A stretch of DNA of 28,620 nt from a virus. The notes under the pieces were generated by a model that was not told where the DNA came from, made no database searches, and worked only from the letters and a program-made list of their open reading frames with translations. The translations under genes were made by a program, and so were the position numbers. Position 1 is the first letter of the stretch. Each line of letters begins with the position of its first letter. Location of the stretch: positions 1-28,620 of IMG/VR virus record IMGVR_UViG_3300050158_000039. The stretch is one strand, 5' to 3'. This document shows, piece by piece, positions 25,399-28,620 of the stretch.

Positions 25399-25594
25399 TG
25401 GCGCCGACAGTAGGACTTGAACCTACGACCTTCCGGTTAATTACCGGTTGCTCTACATTATTTGTTCGTGACGTAGAACCTCAGGGGAGCGACCCCATCC
25501 ACAATACGTCCGTGTACAATAACGGCACTACATTCTGTATGTGTTTACGTACGCCACATACAGCTCGTCGTTGCTCCCACTGAGCTACATCGGC
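25399..25594 (-). ncRNA. 196-nt tRNA-like RNA with a ~120-nt structured insertion at the D-arm and a non-canonical anticodon loop
   Basis: Acceptor GCCGATG/TGTCGGC-GCCA, intact T-arm, arm CCGG-TAATTAA-CCGG. Confidence 0.72.
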
Positions 25595-25596
25595 TT

Positions 25597-25671
25597 TGGA
25601 CCCGCGTACAGGAGTCGAACCTGTATCACAACCTTCGGAGGGTCGTATTCTGTCCGTTGAAATAACGCGAG
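25597..25671 (-). tRNA. tRNA-Arg(CCG)
   Basis: CGACC-CTCCGAA-GGTTG; CCA. Confidence 0.87.
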
Positions 25672-25675
25672 AACA

Positions 25676-25769
25676 TGGAGGATGGCAACGGAGTCGAACC
25701 GTCACCGGCTCTTCACCAGCGGCACGAGTTTTCAAGGCTCGTTGGGCATCCAGCAGCCCGCTACCATCC
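25676..25769 (-). tRNA. tRNA-Ser(UGA)
   Basis: Loop CT-TGA-AA; long variable arm; CCA. Confidence 0.85.
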
Positions 25770-25780
25770 ATAACTATTAT

Positions 25781-25869
25781 TGGTGGGAGATGCGAGACTC
25801 GAACTCGCACGCTACTTTATTCGCTTCGGTACCTAAAACCGACGTGGCTACCAATTACACCAATCTCCC
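25781..25869 (-). tRNA. tRNA-Leu(UAG)
   Basis: TCGGT-TTTAGGT-ACCGA; long variable arm; ACCA. Confidence 0.88.
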
Positions 25870-25942
25870 TCTGCTCAGAGTTTCCTGCGAGTGACATGTT
25901 GGGCATATGAACTGCAGATTCTCTTTGCGATTATTCCAGTAT

Positions 25943-26146
25943 TTACCGTCTACCAACCTTCTTCACAGACATTCCAGGCTTATCCCACCCGTATCCCATC
26001 AAGCAATGGCCGGTGTTTGTCGACAATTGCTTTTCTTGGTGGACACTACCGCAGACTTTGCACGCGGGAACAGGATCGCTTAGCTTGACGAGGTAATCCT
26101 CAGCAGGAGCATCACAGTCGGAACATTTGTATGTATAGATTGGCAT
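25943..26146 (-). CDS. FmdB-family zinc-ribbon protein
   Basis: MPIYTYKCSDC...CKVCG...L.G.GW. Confidence 0.8.
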   Translation of the reverse strand: MPIYTYKCSDCDAPAEDYLVKLSDPVPACKVCGSVHQEKQLSTNTGHCLMGYGWDKPGMSVKKVGRR

Positions 26147-26154
26147 GGTTATTT

Positions 26155-26349
26155 TTATTTTGCTGGTTGTGGAGTTGTCCAAAGGACGTCCCCTTCGTGG
26201 AAGACCCATTCATAGTCTCCACTGGTGGTTACTTCAACTTCCCACTTCCCGTCAACCAGCTTTGGATTGCTGTAGACCCGGTAAAAGTCATTGGGATCGT
26301 CATCGTATACGACTTGTCCAGCCTTCAACTCATGAATTTGAATCTTCAT
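26155..26349 (-). CDS. hypothetical protein
   Basis: Start at MKIQIHELK; the upstream part of the track ORF overlaps tRNAs. Confidence 0.6.
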   Translation of the reverse strand: MKIQIHELKAGQVVYDDDPNDFYRVYSNPKLVDGKWEVEVTTSGDYEWVFHEGDVLWTTPQPAK

Positions 26350-26370
26350 ACTTTGAACTGTTGTGTTATT

Positions 26371-26460
26371 TGGAGGAAGGCGTGGGATTCGAACCCACGG
26401 GCCCAATAAAGGGCCGTCTGATTTCAAGTCAGGTGCCTTAAACCGCTCGGCCAGCCTTCC
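26371..26460 (-). tRNA. tRNA-Ser(UGA)
   Basis: CTGA-CTTGAAA-TCAG; variable arm GGCCC/GGGCC; CCA. Confidence 0.9.
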
Positions 26461-26466
26461 ATTTTG

Positions 26467-26567
26467 TGGGTAGTGAGGGTTTCGAACCCCCGACCCTCTC
26501 CTTGTTCCTTTGCCGCACAATCTTGGCTGGCCGGAAGGGAGACGCTCTACCACTGAGCTAACCACCC
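26467..26567 (-). tRNA. tRNA-Val(UAC) interrupted by a 29-nt anticodon insertion
   Basis: Canonical Val body; TCTCC-CTT[29 nt]ACAA-GGAGA; no encoded CCA. Confidence 0.75.
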
Positions 26568-26596
26568 ATTAGAGCACTTATTTAGTTCTCTTATCT

Positions 26597-26851
26597 TCAG
26601 AAGATACTATCCCAGATACCCCGAACGGTGTCAACGCCAACATCAACTACCGATCCGGCCGCACTGACAATACCCGTATGCTCATCGAGCACATCGATTG
26701 CGGCGTCTGTGACCAACCCCGCAACACCGCCTGCGGCGAGCGCTGCAACAGCAGCGAATACACTGTCGCCGTACTGGCGCTTGATATAGGCTGCGGTAAC
26801 AGAACCAGCTGAAAAATCAGCCGCCAGTTTGATTAGTTCTTTGCCTTGCAT
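26597..26851 (-). CDS. small Ala/Gly-rich hydrophobic protein
   Basis: TAATG-coupled to the upstream ORF. Confidence 0.65.
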   Translation of the reverse strand: MQGKELIKLAADFSAGSVTAAYIKRQYGDSVFAAVAALAAGGVAGLVTDAAIDVLDEHTGIVSAAGSVVDVGVDTVRGIWDSIF

Positions 26852-27054
26852 TACAGGGCCTCAAACACAGCACCAACGACACCACCGACAAGCTCAAGAG
26901 CGCCGGCTCCAACTTCGCCGACTGCTTCGCAGGCAGACCCCGCGCAGTCAACGGCCATAGAGCCAGCGGACGTTGCGATGTCGATTGCAAGATCAGCAGC
27001 TTCGCCAAGCATTTCAGCAGCGCTGGTTTGCTCTTTGCGATTCGGGTTCGTCAT
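26851..27054 (-). CDS. small Ala/Gly-rich protein
   Basis: AAAGG RBS. Confidence 0.65.
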   Translation of the reverse strand: MTNPNRKEQTSAAEMLGEAADLAIDIATSAGSMAVDCAGSACEAVGEVGAGALELVGGVVGAVFEAL

Positions 27055-27064
27055 GTTAAACCTT

Positions 27065-27316
27065 TCAGTTTAGAGTGGGGGGAGTAGTATTCTCCATCGC
27101 CTCGAGTCGTTCCGTCAACGACTTATAGAGTTCGGGGTCAGACTGCTCGAGCTCGTCCAGATCAACCTCGTTGCTGTCCGAAAACAGAGTGCCGTTTTCG
27201 AGAGCGGCCTGCATATCGTTCATCAGTTGTTGGAGCTCTTCATGAGACATCTCTTGTTCTAGCTGCTCCAGGCAACCGGGGGCAAAAACGATTTTATGCG
27301 GCTTCTTGTCAGTCAT
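27065..27316 (-). CDS. acidic hypothetical protein
   Basis: Start at MTDKK; GAAAGG RBS. Confidence 0.65.
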   Translation of the reverse strand: MTDKKPHKIVFAPGCLEQLEQEMSHEELQQLMNDMQAALENGTLFSDSNEVDLDELEQSDPELYKSLTERLEAMENTTPPTLN

Positions 27317-27333
27317 GTAGACCCTTTCTTGTT

Positions 27334-27756
27334 TTAATAATGAGTTCGGCCAATTGTCAGATGATGATACTTCCAACTCGCAAACAACCCCAACTCTTCG
27401 CGGATTTCATCAACTTCGGGACAGTTAACACGGATCCAATGAAAGTATCCGGGTTGATCCTTATCCTTTGAGATTTGGATGTCACCGTGTTCATATTGAA
27501 AAGTTACGCGCTGGCCGTGACGCTTCTTCCACATTTTAGCCATACGCTGAGCTTGACGTTCACCACGAACGACGGAGATGTGCGCATCCCACGACGGTTG
27601 TTGCAGAATGATGTGTTTTTCTTTGCGCAGCCACCAGCGATAATACCGGGTGATTTCTTTGTCCACGTCAATAACACACCACCAAGCAGTGTTAGCCTTC
27701 ATATCGCCGCGATGGGGGTCGTATTGGATACGACCCGTACCTTCAAGCCATTCCAT
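27334..27756 (-). CDS. 2H-phosphoesterase-like protein
   Basis: Two Hx(S/T) motifs, AHISV and HHLTI. Confidence 0.65.
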   Translation of the reverse strand: MEWLEGTGRIQYDPHRGDMKANTAWWCVIDVDKEITRYYRWWLRKEKHIILQQPSWDAHISVVRGERQAQRMAKMWKKRHGQRVTFQYEHGDIQISKDKDQPGYFHWIRVNCPEVDEIREELGLFASWKYHHLTIGRTHY

Positions 27757-27819
27757 GATGATTGACGTAGCAGTTGCAAAACGTCAATCATCACGCTAAT
27801 TTATCATCGAGTCAACATT

Positions 27820-28620
27820 TCACATATGTGAAATGTTGGGTGTTGCTACGCCAGTGGTTTGTCGCCACGACACGTAATCGTTTCGAGAGTTGAACAAGAT
27901 GAACATATTGCGACTGTACGCTTTGATCAGTGACATGGTATTCTTCTGGTTATTGCCACCAACAATGTCACTGTCAGTCACCATCAAAACGTTGTACCCT
28001 TGCTTCAACAATTCAGCCATGTCGGACGTTAACGCGGGTGAAACAACAGTACCACCCATCTCTGCGCCAGCAAATACATCCTTTGGAGTTGATTTAGCTC
28101 CTTTGTTGGGAGCTACTTGAATCGCCATATTTGATGCAAAGTTACATTGCCAGATCACATGCGACCCAGAAAACTGAACAACAATCACTGTTGATTTTTT
28201 GTACATTGGCATCTTTAGTAGAGCATTGACGTTGGCAAATACCTTCGCAATACTGGGACTCATTGACCCAGACGTGTCCAGCACCAATGCTAGCTTGAGG
28301 TCAACGTGGTCTAGTGGACGGTCTCCAGGTTTCATTGCACCGGCGCCCGTCTGGCGAGCAACTTCAATTCCTGTAATACCTCGCCGGCTTGGCCGTGCGT
28401 ATGTCTCTTCAGCTTTGGGCATCTTTGACGTGATAAACTTCTTCAGCAGGGCTGTCCAATTGTATTGAGGACGTATGTTATCCCAATTGATACCTTGCCG
28501 ACTTCCTTTTCCGGTTCCGGGGCCGCTTTTTGAATCACCGTCACCGTCGCCGGTACGTTCGCTCTCAGGCTTGGATGGACCTTCCGTGCCGGCCTCAGCA
28601 CGCTCACTGCCCTTTTCGAC
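27820..28620 (-). CDS. C-terminal part of a VWA-domain protein (DUF2201 metallopeptidase-VWA-like); start lies outside the window
   Basis: Frame open to the window end; NWTALLKKF...TYARPSRR, MIDAS DTSGSM, GGT, VTDSD. Confidence 0.8.
   Translation of the reverse strand, partial: VEKGSERAEAGTEGPSKPESERTGDGDGDSKSGPGTGKGSRQGINWDNIRPQYNWTALLKKFITSKMPKAEETYARPSRRGITGIEVARQTGAGAMKPGDRPLDHVDLKLALVLDTSGSMSPSIAKVFANVNALLKMPMYKKSTVIVVQFSGSHVIWQCNFASNMAIQVAPNKGAKSTPKDVFAGAEMGGTVVSPALTSDMAELLKQGYNVLMVTDSDIVGGNNQKNTMSLIKAYSRNMFILFNSRNDYVSWRQTTGVATPNISHM

Noticed and set aside
25676-26460. Suppressor tRNAs or stop-codon recoding suggested by TGA/TAG anticodons
   Set aside because: These anticodons read UCA (Ser) and CUA (Leu); recognisable genes are intact in the standard code.
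27820-28620. Ro60/TROVE partner for the Y-like RNAs
   Set aside because: It has a VWA domain, but the Gly-rich linker and W..LL...TY.RPSRR motif fit DUF2201-type proteins; no TROVE domain is visible.

Overview
This looks like a segment of a large (jumbo-type) phage of a Gram-negative, probably proteobacterial, host. The evidence is sigma70 promoters, T4-like late motifs (T)ATAAATA, an rrn-type boxA, an outer-membrane beta-barrel gene and tail-fibre genes. The window holds (i) a minus-strand tRNA array (161-2137: Lys x3, Asn x2, Ile x3, Ala, Thr) mixed with HNH genes and tRNA-like ncRNAs; (ii) tRNA maturation/repair genes (CCA-adding enzyme, cyclic-phosphate receiver, HAD phosphatase, 2H phosphoesterase, RNase P RNA); (iii) NAD-related genes (NAD kinase, NADAR, SLOG/DprA-like, NAMPT) plus two deoxyribosyltransferase-like genes; (iv) a plus-strand tail-fibre module; (v) a second tRNA cluster that includes interrupted and nested tRNAs. 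The main candidate new system lies upstream of the first array: a sigma70 promoter, a 27-codon leader peptide whose core is almost entirely Asn/Thr/Ile/Ala/Lys codons (the amino acids served by the array), and an antiterminator/terminator pair. This is an apparent ribosome-stalling attenuator that would induce replacement tRNAs, plus putative anticodon-decoy RNAs, when host tRNAs are depleted. All calls were made by eye without database searches; RNA boundaries may be off by a few nt.
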